From: Gemmatimonadota bacterium | Lineage (GTDB): Bacteria > Latescibacterota > UBA2968 > UBA8231 | Length of the DNA: 64,000 nt | Direction: 5' to 3' | Assembly (NCBI GenBank): GCA_038153405.1 | Contig: JAYOYH010000004.1 | Coordinates: 32,001 to 96,000, forward strand | In this document: positions 28,732-38,018 of the stretch, one piece after another | Layout: every line of letters begins with the position of its first letter | Position numbering within the stretch: the stretch's first letter is position 1 | The notes under the pieces: generated by a model | The model's database searches: none | Told to the model about the DNA's origin: nothing | The model's input: only the letters and a program-made list of their open reading frames with translations | Program-made: the position numbers and the translations under genes

Positions 28732-30672
28732 TCAGCCCATAAACGAGCCCAGTGCATTGCCGTTCATACCCGTGAAATAGTCGATGATTAACCAAAAACC
28801 CGCCGGCACAATTTCGCCGAGAATCATGCCGAGAAAAAACGGCACCGTGTTGCGATAGAGCTGCGGTCCGCCGTATTTGAGCACGTATCCCTTGAGCAAA
28901 TAGGCGATCAATACGCTGAACCACATGCCGCCAAAGGCCGCGCTGATGGGAAAGCCCAGCGGGTGGAAGGGCCACCAAAAAAAGCGATAGTGCATCAGCT
29001 CCAGCGCCGCCATAATGGCCGCGCCCACACCCACCTGAATCCAGCCGTCCCAGTGCGGTCCCTGCGGATAGGAGACGACGATATCCATAAAGCGATAGGG
29101 ATATTGCGCCGCATTGTCGGCATAGAATGGATTGAGATTAATCGCCCCGTGCTGGTAGGCCACTTCGAGCCGTATCCACAGCGCCGAGCAAATGGATAGG
29201 GCGATGGTCGCCATAATCGCCCAGAATAGCCGCCGCTTAGCGTGCAGAAACTCGTCGGCCAATTTCAGGCCGTTGCTGCAGGAGGTCATCAGCAGCACCA
29301 ACACATCCGTGCCCCAAACATAGGTGGTCGTCAGCGCCGCAGCACCCTTGGCCCCCAGCGCCGTAGTGCCTAGCGCGGCGCTGGTAAAGTCGGGGCCGGT
29401 AATCGGCGGGAACATCACCGCTACGCCGCCTTCGACGACCACGCGCGTAATCGTGAGAAAGAGCGCAAAGCAGATAAAGAGTAAAAAGGGCACGACCCAC
29501 GGCGGCAACCCCGCTATCCACAGCCAGGTGCCCATGGCGACCGTGCCCAGCAGCAGCGAAAACACGGCAGCGCGGTAGGACATCATCTCGTCGCTGTCGT
29601 CGACGCGCTCGTCGCCGATAAATGCCTTGCGCAGCACGTCGGCCAAATGGGCGCGCGCGTTCCACAGGCCCGCCAGCACCAATACCAACATGCCTCCCAT
29701 CGCCTGGTAGATGATAATCGGCTGGGCATAGTGGCCAAAAGCGCCGACCGGACCGGCGTCGATTTTAATCCCCACCATGCGAAAATAGCCCTGCTCGCAC
29801 ACATTGAGCAGATAGAAAAACACCAGTCCGGCAGCGATGTTGCGGTTGATCAAATAGGAGAAGCCCAGCATGGTAAAGCTCAGGCCAAAGCCGATGGTCA
29901 CCGAGTTGCGAAAGAGCGCTACGGAGCCAAAGCTGGTCGAAATGCTGGGAAAGAATTCGTAATAGCTATGCAGCGCGTTGGCGTTGACGATCATGCAGGG
30001 CAGCAAAAAACCAAGCCACATCGCCCACGAGCGGAAAAAGGGCTTGCGGCCTGCCGCATCTTCGCGCAGCATGTGCTGCGGCAGCTGCATCATGGGGTAT
30101 ACCAAGCGCTCGCGCTCGACCCACTGGCGCCGCAGGATAACGGAGATGGCAATCATCACCAAATACATCGCCAAACCGAAAAGCAGCCAGGAGGCCAGCG
30201 GCGCAAACCATATGTCCCATGGCACGCCCATGCCACCCTCTGCTCCCTCGTAGTAGTGACGCACGGCGGCTTCGTCCTGCACCGTTGCCCAATCCGGCAA
30301 GTACGGCCACACCTGCTCTTTCCAATTGTTCTCTGGCGTCGCGTAGTAAAAAGCCCCGGTGGCCACAGCCGGTACGTAGGCGGCAAATCCGCGCGCTGGC
30401 AGCGTATTGGCGATCAGCAGCATGATGTAGATTACCGCCAGTTCACCCGGATCGAGCGCCCACGGCCGATGCACGGCACCGACCAGCCCATTGGCGATAG
30501 CCACGACGACAAAGAACAGAAAAATGGAACCCGGATTGGTATTCCACACCCCCATCTGCGAGCCCTTGATGATCATATCACCCCAGGGAATCGCGATGCT
30601 CATAAAAGCCACCAGCGCCAAACCAATGGAGATCGCGCGCAGCGAACAGCCTCTATATACTTTATTGCCCAT
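28732..30672 (-). CDS. DUF6785-type polytopic membrane protein (putative transporter)
   Basis: YYATPENNW, LRRQWVERERLVYP, DDSDEMMSYR, TRVVVEGG, WWPFHPLGF, LKYGG. Confidence 0.85.
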   Translation of the reverse strand: MGNKVYRGCSLRAISIGLALVAFMSIAIPWGDMIIKGSQMGVWNTNPGSIFLFFVVVAIANGLVGAVHRPWALDPGELAVIYIMLLIANTLPARGFAAYVPAVATGAFYYATPENNWKEQVWPYLPDWATVQDEAAVRHYYEGAEGGMGVPWDIWFAPLASWLLFGLAMYLVMIAISVILRRQWVERERLVYPMMQLPQHMLREDAAGRKPFFRSWAMWLGFLLPCMIVNANALHSYYEFFPSISTSFGSVALFRNSVTIGFGLSFTMLGFSYLINRNIAAGLVFFYLLNVCEQGYFRMVGIKIDAGPVGAFGHYAQPIIIYQAMGGMLVLVLAGLWNARAHLADVLRKAFIGDERVDDSDEMMSYRAAVFSLLLGTVAMGTWLWIAGLPPWVVPFLLFICFALFLTITRVVVEGGVAVMFPPITGPDFTSAALGTTALGAKGAAALTTTYVWGTDVLVLLMTSCSNGLKLADEFLHAKRRLFWAIMATIALSICSALWIRLEVAYQHGAINLNPFYADNAAQYPYRFMDIVVSYPQGPHWDGWIQVGVGAAIMAALELMHYRFFWWPFHPLGFPISAAFGGMWFSVLIAYLLKGYVLKYGGPQLYRNTVPFFLGMILGEIVPAGFWLIIDYFTGMNGNALGSFMG

Positions 30673-30883
30673 TAGACCTTTCCAATTAACAGATGGGGTA
30701 ATCTAAGCCAAATGGCGCGCCTTTCCCACCGCAGGCTTGGCGCAGCAAGCCGGTCGTTGCTGAGCGAGCGCAAACAGGCTACCTTGTACTGCCTGAAACA
30801 GCAGACGCTCTGGCCTCCACAATCGCGTAACTCCGTGCTCATACTGGCGGCCTGAGCGCACACTCTACCAAACGCAGAGCGCT

Positions 30884-32209
30884 ATGAAACACGAAGGAAA
30901 AAAGATACTCGCCGTAGACGATCAGCCAGAAAACCTCGGCTTGCTCAACCGCATACTCGAAATGGCCCTGTTCAGCGTGCGCACGGCCACCAGCGGCCAA
31001 GCGGCCCTGCAGGCGGCGCGCGCCGATATACCCGATCTGGTCCTGATGGACATTTCCATGCCCAGCATGGACGGCTTTGAGGTGTGCAAAAAACTCAAAG
31101 CCGACCCCAAAACCCAGGGCGTCCCGGTTATTTTCCTCACCGGTCGCAGCGATACGGAATACTTGGTAAAGGGGTTTGAACTCGGTGCCGTCGACTATAT
31201 CACCAAGCCGTTTAACAACACCGAATTGCTGCATCGCATCAACACCCACCTCGAGCTGTCTCAGCTGCGCAAGGGCTTGGAAAGCCAGGTCGCCGAGCAG
31301 AGCGACGAAATCAGCGCGGCCAACTCTAGAATGGAAGAGGCCAACCGCATCTTTAGCGCCTTCGTGCCGCAGACGTTCATCAACCTGCTGGAACGCGAGG
31401 ATATTCTCGATATAAAGCTCGGCGATCACGCGGAGATGGAAATGGCCATTCTCTTTGCCGACATCGTTCAGTTTACCGATCTAGCGGCTAAGATGGGACC
31501 GGAAGCCAGCTTTCGCTTTATCAATGCCTATCTCAGTTGGATCAGCCCGATCATACGCATGAACAAGGGACTGATCGACAAATACGCCGGCGACACCATC
31601 ATGGCCATCTTTCCCGATTCCGTCGGCGATGCCCTGCAGTCGGCCGTGGAAATGCAGCAGGCGATGCAGCGCTTTAACGAACAATTTATTGCCGCCGGCA
31701 TCCCGCCCATCCGCATCGGCATTGGCGTGCATTGGGGCAAGCTGATGCTGGGGATCGTCGGCGAGGCAGAGCGCATGGCGACCAATGTCATCTCCGATGC
31801 CGTCAACGTCGCCGCACGGCTCGAACGCCTGACGCGGCGCTATGACGTGGGTATCGTCACCAGCGGCGTCGCGCTCGAACACCTGGACGACGACCATCCT
31901 TATAGCGCACGCCTCATCGACCGAATCAAGGTAAAAGGACGGAGAGAAACGACGAACGTATACGAGATATACGACGGCGACAGCGCCGAACGAAAAGCGC
32001 AGAAAGAGGCCACGCACAACGAGTATACCGAGGGGATTGAACTCTACTACGAACGCCAGTTCACAGAAGCCAACTTGCGCATCGCGCGCGTCCTCTCACA
32101 GACGCCCGACGACAAGGTCGTTCGCCAATTTCAGCAGCGCATCGCCGCGGCCATTGCCAATGGAGTCGCAGCGGATTGGACCGGCGTCGAACTACTCGAT
32201 GCCCAGTAG
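30884..32209 (+). CDS. Response regulator fused to a class III adenylate/guanylate cyclase
   Basis: REC (AVDDQ, LMDISMP, YITKPF); cyclase (LFADIVQFT, IDKYAGDTIMA, SDAVNVAARLE, VKGR). Confidence 0.93.
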   Translation: MKHEGKKILAVDDQPENLGLLNRILEMALFSVRTATSGQAALQAARADIPDLVLMDISMPSMDGFEVCKKLKADPKTQGVPVIFLTGRSDTEYLVKGFELGAVDYITKPFNNTELLHRINTHLELSQLRKGLESQVAEQSDEISAANSRMEEANRIFSAFVPQTFINLLEREDILDIKLGDHAEMEMAILFADIVQFTDLAAKMGPEASFRFINAYLSWISPIIRMNKGLIDKYAGDTIMAIFPDSVGDALQSAVEMQQAMQRFNEQFIAAGIPPIRIGIGVHWGKLMLGIVGEAERMATNVISDAVNVAARLERLTRRYDVGIVTSGVALEHLDDDHPYSARLIDRIKVKGRRETTNVYEIYDGDSAERKAQKEATHNEYTEGIELYYERQFTEANLRIARVLSQTPDDKVVRQFQQRIAAAIANGVAADWTGVELLDAQ

Positions 32210-32218
32210 CAAGGTGCT

Positions 32219-32833
32219 CTAACCTGCCAAGAAAAAGACCGCCAGCAGCACCGCCCAAACCCAGGCCAGAAAGTGCCAGTACTGCGCGCAGATCTGCGCG
32301 AAAGGCACGTGTGCCCGCCCCAATCCTCCTGCGCGCGTCTTCCAAAATAGCACCCCCATGGCCACCATACCCCCAACCACGTGCAGCGCGTGCAGCAAGA
32401 TGAGGGCAAACGCAATGCCATAGACGCCGGCGCGGCCATCGTCGACATAGACAAAGTGGACGCGCAGCAGTTCGGCCAGCGCCGGGCCCTGCACAAAGAC
32501 GAAGAGCAGCGACAGCGCCCATACCCAGCGCAGGCGACGCCCCATCTCGACATAATCGTCGCGCCGGGCCGCCTGGCCCATCGTGCGCATCCACCACCCG
32601 GTCAACAGCAGCAACGCCGTAGATAGCCACAGCGCCCACGGCAGGTAGAGCGGATCCATACCCGCCGAAGCCGAACTCGCATAGCGGTAGAGCAGGAAAC
32701 ACACCACGCCAACGGCAAAGAACATCCCCAGCGCCACCATGAAAATGACCATTCCCAGGCGGTTGTGCCCCGTGCTGTCAGGGCCCTGCCACGAAGCCAA
32801 TACGGGCTGTTGATCTGCGCGTTCGCGCTCCAT
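32219..32833 (-). CDS. Heme-copper oxidase subunit III-like protein (short, about 5 TM)
   Basis: RLGMVIFMVALGMFF, LSTALLLLTG, LILLHALHVVGG, QYWHFLAWVW. Confidence 0.85.
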   Translation of the reverse strand: MERERADQQPVLASWQGPDSTGHNRLGMVIFMVALGMFFAVGVVCFLLYRYASSASAGMDPLYLPWALWLSTALLLLTGWWMRTMGQAARRDDYVEMGRRLRWVWALSLLFVFVQGPALAELLRVHFVYVDDGRAGVYGIAFALILLHALHVVGGMVAMGVLFWKTRAGGLGRAHVPFAQICAQYWHFLAWVWAVLLAVFFLAG

Positions 32834-32835
32834 AG

Positions 32836-33642
32836 CTAACCCCAGCGATATTCGGGTGGATCGAAAACGAAACCGTGAAAGAATGCGCGATGCTCGGGGC
32901 CGAGACTCTGGAAAAAGTTCGCCCCGTACCGCCACTGCTCGGCGCAGGCCAGCATCCATGGGTGTTCGTAGCCGTAGTAAAGCATGGCCCGCTGACCGGA
33001 CGACCGCGTCCACGGGCCGGCCGTATGCCACACGGCGTTGTGAAAGAAAAAGGCCGTCCCCGGCCCGCCGCACACCTGTACGGCGCCGGGAAAGAGATGC
33101 GGATTGCGCAGGTCGCCGGCCGCTGGATCGACGCGCGACCGGTGGCTGCCCGACAACAGTGTGAGATTGCCCTGTCCTTCCTCGCGCATATCGCTCAGAT
33201 AGTAGCCAACCTTGAACTGCATCAGCGGTATGGGCCAACCCAAATTGCGAAAGCCGTCCTGAATTCCATCGATGTGCCAACCAGCGCCGTGGTAGTCTGC
33301 CCTTTCGACTTCCCAAAATGCGTCCGTCGAGTGCAGGTGGGGCATTTCGTTAAACAGAGCGCGCACGTAGGCCATCATCGGTTCGTAATTGAGCAGGTCG
33401 AGAAAGAGCGGATCTTCGTCGAGCAGGTGAAAGATGCGCGCATTAGGCCCCTCTAAGCGCTCGGGAAACGCCGGTTCGCGCGCGCGCACATAAGCGGCGC
33501 TGCGGCGGCGTTCCACCGCCTGTTCCACCGCTGCCCGCAGCGCTTCCACGTGGTCTGGAGGCAAAAAATCATCCAATATCAGATAGCCATTCACATCAAA
33601 GAAAAATCGCTCTGAATCAGTCGGCGATGCGCTCTCGGCCAT
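32836..33642 (-). CDS. PhyH-family Fe(II)/2OG dioxygenase
   Basis: FFFDVNGYLIL, GWHIDG, YYLSD, GSHR, VWHTA. Confidence 0.9.
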   Translation of the reverse strand: MAESASPTDSERFFFDVNGYLILDDFLPPDHVEALRAAVEQAVERRRSAAYVRAREPAFPERLEGPNARIFHLLDEDPLFLDLLNYEPMMAYVRALFNEMPHLHSTDAFWEVERADYHGAGWHIDGIQDGFRNLGWPIPLMQFKVGYYLSDMREEGQGNLTLLSGSHRSRVDPAAGDLRNPHLFPGAVQVCGGPGTAFFFHNAVWHTAGPWTRSSGQRAMLYYGYEHPWMLACAEQWRYGANFFQSLGPEHRAFFHGFVFDPPEYRWG

Positions 33643-33679
33643 ATCCTCTTCTCTCTGCAAAGATTCTACCACTAAGACT

Positions 33680-33743
33680 AGTATACCCGCCCGCGTCCAC
33701 TGGGGCAATCCCCTTGCCGAACGACGACCCGGCAGCGTAGATT
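33680..33743. promoter_or_regulatory. Back-to-back sigma70-like promoters
   Basis: Minus strand TTGCCC-N17-TATACT (33708-33680); plus strand TTGCCG-N18-TAGATT (33714-33743). Confidence 0.6.
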
Positions 33744-33770
33744 TGCACATCCAGCAACCGGAGATAGCGC

Positions 33771-34952
33771 ATGGAAAACGTTCGTATAACCGATATCCGC
33801 TTAATGGCGCTAGCGCCCTACGGCAACGACGTCGGCCTGTGGAACCTCATTCGCGTCGACAGCGACCAGGGCGTTTGGGGGCTGGGCGAGGCCTATTGGG
33901 GACCGGGCTTCCGCCCCGTCATTGACGCCCTGCTCAAACCGCTCTTCGTCGGCGAAAATCCCTTTGACGTCGACCGCCTCTTCACCCGCGCCTATATGCG
34001 CATGGCCGGCGCCCATACCCAAAACGGGCTGGTAATGACCGCCCTCAGCGGCATTGAAATTGCCCTTTGGGATCTAGCCGGCAAGCTGTGCGGACTGCCG
34101 GCCCACCGCCTGCTCGGCGGGCGCTTTCGCCAGCGCGTGCGCCTCTACCGCACGGGACTGCCTCCCCATTTAGAGGACTACGCGGCCTGCGAAGCATACG
34201 CCGCACAGACGCGAGCCGAGGGCTGGACCGCCATCAAGACGCTCGACGTCGATTCGATGTATGAGCGCTACGATCGCACCTTTGCCGAACCGGGGCACGA
34301 ACCGCTGGCACGCACGCTGTCGGCAGCCGATCTGACGCGCAGCGAAAAGATCATGGCCAACCTGCGCCGCGCCTTTGGCGACGAATTCGACATCGCCGTC
34401 CACTGCCACTGGGCGCTGGACCTGCGCGACGCCCTAGCCCTGGCAGAGCGCATCGCGCCCTACCGTCCCATCTGGTTGGAAGATCCGCTCCCGGTGGCCT
34501 TTTCGCCAGCCTGGCGCGAACTAAAACAGCGCTCGCCCGTGCCCATTTGCACCGGCGAGAATCTCTACAACCGCCACGAATTTCGTCCCTTTATAGAAGA
34601 GGGCGGAGCCGATATCGCCCACGTAGACGTGCCCAAGTCGGGCGGTCTATTGGAGGCCAAGCGCATTGCCGACCTAGCCGATCTACACTATATGAAGACG
34701 GCTATGCACTGCGCCTCTAGCATCGTCGGGCTGACCGCTTCGGCGCAGGCAGCAGCCAGCATGCGCGGCTTCTCCATGTTGGAGCGGGCCGGCGGCGACT
34801 TCGACTGGTATGAAAAGCTAGTGGACAGCGACGTTCCGCTCATCCGCGATGGCTATCTCGAAGTCCCCGAGGGACCCGGCCTGGGACTGCGCCTCAATGC
34901 AGACGTAGCGCGCGCCCATTTGGCGCCGGGCGAAGTCTACTGGGGCGACTGA
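33771..34952 (+). CDS. Mandelate racemase/enolase-superfamily enzyme (acid-sugar dehydratase-like)
   Basis: GLGEA, ALSGIEIALWDLAGK, WLEDP, CTGENL, VPEGPGLG. Confidence 0.9.
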   Translation: MENVRITDIRLMALAPYGNDVGLWNLIRVDSDQGVWGLGEAYWGPGFRPVIDALLKPLFVGENPFDVDRLFTRAYMRMAGAHTQNGLVMTALSGIEIALWDLAGKLCGLPAHRLLGGRFRQRVRLYRTGLPPHLEDYAACEAYAAQTRAEGWTAIKTLDVDSMYERYDRTFAEPGHEPLARTLSAADLTRSEKIMANLRRAFGDEFDIAVHCHWALDLRDALALAERIAPYRPIWLEDPLPVAFSPAWRELKQRSPVPICTGENLYNRHEFRPFIEEGGADIAHVDVPKSGGLLEAKRIADLADLHYMKTAMHCASSIVGLTASAQAAASMRGFSMLERAGGDFDWYEKLVDSDVPLIRDGYLEVPEGPGLGLRLNADVARAHLAPGEVYWGD

Positions 34953-34970
34953 GTTGCTAACCCATCACGC

Positions 34971-35007
34971 AAAGCGGCCCCGCGGCGTTGGATCACCGCA
35001 GGGCCGC
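34971..35007 (-). terminator. Hairpin/terminator between convergent genes
   Basis: Minus strand GCGGCCCUGCGGUG-6 nt-CGCCGCGGGGCCGC followed by UUU (14 bp with 2 G-U pairs). Confidence 0.6.
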
Positions 35008-35031
35008 CCACATGCATCCGATCGCATTCGC

Positions 35032-35886
35032 TTACGCTTCGGCGCGCCAGGTGCCGTCGTAGCCGGTATAGCCCTCCATATACGTCTGTAGGTGCTCGGG
35101 CAGCCGCGCGCGCAGGGCCTTGGCCGTATCGGGCAGCGGCCACGGCGCGGCGATCTTCTCGCGCTTGGGCCGGAAGCCCAAGCCACAGGAATAGCGCCGC
35201 TCGTAGGTGGCCATATTGGCGTGGTAGGTCAACGCTGCAAAGCAAATCAAATCGCCGGGATCGGCCACGATCGCAATACAGCCGGGCACATCCATCTGGT
35301 TCCAACGCACGGATTCATCCGACCCTATGGGGCGAAAGCCGCCGCGGTCTTCCGTCAGTTCAAAGCCCTCCGGCCCGGTCCAATCGGGTTTGTTCGACTT
35401 TTCGATTACGGCAATGCCGCTGCGGTCAGGATGGCTGCCGTTGAGATAAAACCACGACCCACTCGGCATGGAAAAGCGGTTGAGCACGTCGTTGGCAATG
35501 CGCGGCTTAGCTATGTGCCCACGGTGGTCGGTGTGCCAGGTGCCCATGCCTTCGTCCGGGGTACGCAAAATGGCCGCCGAGCGGTGCAGACAGACCTCGT
35601 CCGTGCCGTGCACGGCCCGCACGTAATTCAGGTAGGGCGCGTGCTCGGCTAGGCGCCACAGGGCCTGGCTCGATTCGGCGAACATCATGTGATAGCGATT
35701 GGACGCCTCGGCCAGGTCGCGCTGCGGGTCGAGCGCCCCGTCGATTTCCGCTTTGAGCTCTTCGACCCAATCGCCGTCGATCATCCGGCGAATCACGCAG
35801 TAGCCGTATTCATCGAGACAGCGCAGCGCGTCGTCGATCTGTTCGCGCTCGAAATAGACGTTATAGTCGGGCTGGTAGTCGCTCAT
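35032..35886 (-). CDS. Divergent PhyH-like dioxygenase
   Basis: LDEYGYCVIR, TWHTDH, PGDLICF, TYHAN, RRYS. Confidence 0.75.
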   Translation of the reverse strand: MSDYQPDYNVYFEREQIDDALRCLDEYGYCVIRRMIDGDWVEELKAEIDGALDPQRDLAEASNRYHMMFAESSQALWRLAEHAPYLNYVRAVHGTDEVCLHRSAAILRTPDEGMGTWHTDHRGHIAKPRIANDVLNRFSMPSGSWFYLNGSHPDRSGIAVIEKSNKPDWTGPEGFELTEDRGGFRPIGSDESVRWNQMDVPGCIAIVADPGDLICFAALTYHANMATYERRYSCGLGFRPKREKIAAPWPLPDTAKALRARLPEHLQTYMEGYTGYDGTWRAEA

Positions 35887-35896
35887 ATATCCTGCC

Positions 35897-36175
35897 TCAG
35901 CTGCGCTCGGTGACCTCCAACAGGTGGTAGCCAAACTGCGTTTTTACCGGCCCAAGCACAGTGTTGAGTTCGCCGCTAAAAACCACCTCGTCAAATTCCT
36001 TGACCATTTGCCCCGGACTAAATGTTCCCAACTCACCGCCCTGACGCCCCGACGGACAGGACGAATGCTGACGCGCCACGTCGGCAAAGTCGGAACCGCC
36101 CTCAATATCTGCCTTCAGCTCCAAGCACTTCGCTTCGCTATCTACCAAAATATGTCGCGCACTTGCACTGGCCAT
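35897..36175 (-). CDS. ppiC: Parvulin-type peptidyl-prolyl isomerase
   Basis: ASARHILV, HSSCPSGRQGGELG, QMVKEFD, VKTQFGYHLL; 92 aa. Confidence 0.95.
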   Translation of the reverse strand: MASASARHILVDSEAKCLELKADIEGGSDFADVARQHSSCPSGRQGGELGTFSPGQMVKEFDEVVFSGELNTVLGPVKTQFGYHLLEVTERS

Positions 36176-36311
36176 TGTATCCCCCTCTATCGTTGATATG
36201 CTGCGTTTTTCATCTACGCCACGGCGTCGCTCGCCCCAGCATCTCACCCGTTAAAGTAGGCGCTTTGGCATTTTTTACCACCTCTGCATGCCAGATTGCC
36301 GAGCGCCTACC

Positions 36312-37205
36312 CTATTGCGCCAGCCCATATAGGCGCACGGCGTTGTCGTGCAGGATGAGGCGTTGGTCGTCCTCACTATAGCGGGAGACGATCTGGCGCA
36401 GAACCCCAATCCACTCGCCCAGCGGCGCGCGCAGGGTGCACACCGGCCAGTCGCCGCCGAAGACCACGCGCTCGACGCCAAAGGACGCGATGCAGTGCTC
36501 GACGGTCGGCGCCAACGTTTGGGCACCCCAGCTGTCGGGCGCGCGCGCAACGATGCCCGACAGTTTGCAGACGACATTTTCGCACGCGCCAAGCGCCTGC
36601 ATATCGTCGAGCCACTGCTGGCGCTCGTGCGCGAAGGGATTGTCGAGGTCGGGCTGCGCAGCCCCACTGACGATCTGCGGATCGGCGTTGCCGCAGTGAT
36701 CGACGATAAAGAGCGTATCCGGACACTGCTCGACCAGCGCGACGGCATCGGCTAACTCCGAAGGGCGCATGCACAGATCAAAGCACTTGCCCATGGAGCC
36801 GAGCAGCTGTATCCCCTCGACAAAGCGCGGCTCAATGCAGGTCCCGCGCGCCGCAGCGGGCACGTGCAGGACCTGGCGCACGCCTTTGACATAGGCGTTA
36901 TTGGCAAAGTGCGCCATATAATCGGCGAAGCCCACATCGCCTGGATTGCCGGAAATCACCGCGCCGGCCATCGGGTTGTCGTCGCGCGCGCTCAGTTCGC
37001 AGACAAAATCGACCTCGGCCAAGCGCTGTGCGGGTGCCACGTCGACCTCCATATACACCGTCTTGGCCACGCTGCTGTTCGAAGTTTCGCGCAGGTAATC
37101 GTCCATGCGGTAATTGTTGTTGAGCGCCTCTACGTCGGCCAACCACGGCAGCGAAAATTGACCCAAGTCCCACAGGTGCTGATGCGTATCGACAATAGGA
37201 ATCAT
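36312..37205 (-). CDS. Amidohydrolase-2 family protein (sugar-lactonase-like)
   Basis: IVDTHQHLWD, VKGVR, IVDHCG, CKLSG, VFGGDWPV. Confidence 0.88.
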   Translation of the reverse strand: MIPIVDTHQHLWDLGQFSLPWLADVEALNNNYRMDDYLRETSNSSVAKTVYMEVDVAPAQRLAEVDFVCELSARDDNPMAGAVISGNPGDVGFADYMAHFANNAYVKGVRQVLHVPAAARGTCIEPRFVEGIQLLGSMGKCFDLCMRPSELADAVALVEQCPDTLFIVDHCGNADPQIVSGAAQPDLDNPFAHERQQWLDDMQALGACENVVCKLSGIVARAPDSWGAQTLAPTVEHCIASFGVERVVFGGDWPVCTLRAPLGEWIGVLRQIVSRYSEDDQRLILHDNAVRLYGLAQ

Positions 37206-37217
37206 TTCTCCACTCCT

Positions 37218-37988
37218 TTATGGAAGACAGAATTGGTCGGAAAGCCAGTCGGAGACAAAGGCGTGCGCCGGCGCGTGGGCGATCAAGAGGCCAATGCGCG
37301 AGCGCAGCGCCGCCCACTGCGGCGTGACGCCACAGCCCCAAAATAGAGCTATCTGCCCCTCGGGTATGCACTCCAATGGCGGTCCTACAATGGGCGTTGT
37401 CAAATCGATCCCAATTGCTTCGGGATCGCCCATGTGCAGCGGTGCGCCGTGATGGTAGACAAAGCGTCCGGTGAGCTGGCAGGCAACGACGGCCTGAGCC
37501 GGCGTCATCAGGCGCATGGTGACAACCATCGGTCCAGTGAAACGACCGGCGCGTTCCGTTTCGATATGCGTCTCGTAGAGCCAGGTCTGCCCTTTGGGCA
37601 CGCCGGCCCGCTCTAGGGCATCGTCAAAACTCGTGCCTGAACCAATTAAGAAAGCGACGCTGTCTTTGCGCCAAAGCTCGGTTATATCCGTGCGCTCTCC
37701 CTCGAGTTGACCGTCCCGATACACGACATAGCGCGATAGATCGGTGCGTAGATCCGCTCCCGGGGCAGCGCGCTTGGGTTCGGGATCGCCGGGATCGGCA
37801 ACCTCCAGCAGCGGGCAGGGCTTGGGGTTGCGCTGGCAGTAGACGAGAAAGTCGTAGGCGTCGTCGCGGGGCAGCACGACGAGGTTGCACTTGACATAGC
37901 CCGGCACGGAGTGCTTGGTAGGCCCCGTCCACTCGCCGCGTCGCATCGCCAAACGGGCGGCGCGTGCAGGATGGTCACAAGACGTCAT
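37218..37988 (-). CDS. DUF1445 family putative hydro-lyase (D-glutamate-cyclase-like)
   Basis: CQRNPKPCPLL, ADLRTD, GPMVVTMR, HGAPLHMGDP, FWGCGVTPQ. Confidence 0.9.
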   Translation of the reverse strand: MTSCDHPARAARLAMRRGEWTGPTKHSVPGYVKCNLVVLPRDDAYDFLVYCQRNPKPCPLLEVADPGDPEPKRAAPGADLRTDLSRYVVYRDGQLEGERTDITELWRKDSVAFLIGSGTSFDDALERAGVPKGQTWLYETHIETERAGRFTGPMVVTMRLMTPAQAVVACQLTGRFVYHHGAPLHMGDPEAIGIDLTTPIVGPPLECIPEGQIALFWGCGVTPQWAALRSRIGLLIAHAPAHAFVSDWLSDQFCLP

Positions 37989-38018
37989 AGTAGAATTCCC
38001 ACACTCTCGTCGCCGCGC

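Noticed and set aside
29647..30675. Long antisense and alternative-frame ORFs (e.g. 29647..30675 +, 55743..56621 +, 28016..28780 +, 42..659 -)
   Set aside because: These are shadow ORFs of well-supported genes, expected at high GC, with no recognisable motifs.
32834..33316. Long N-terminal extension of the subunit III-like ORF shown in the ORF track
   Set aside because: It overlaps the PhyH gene in another frame; ATG 32833 just after the PhyH stop is the more plausible start.
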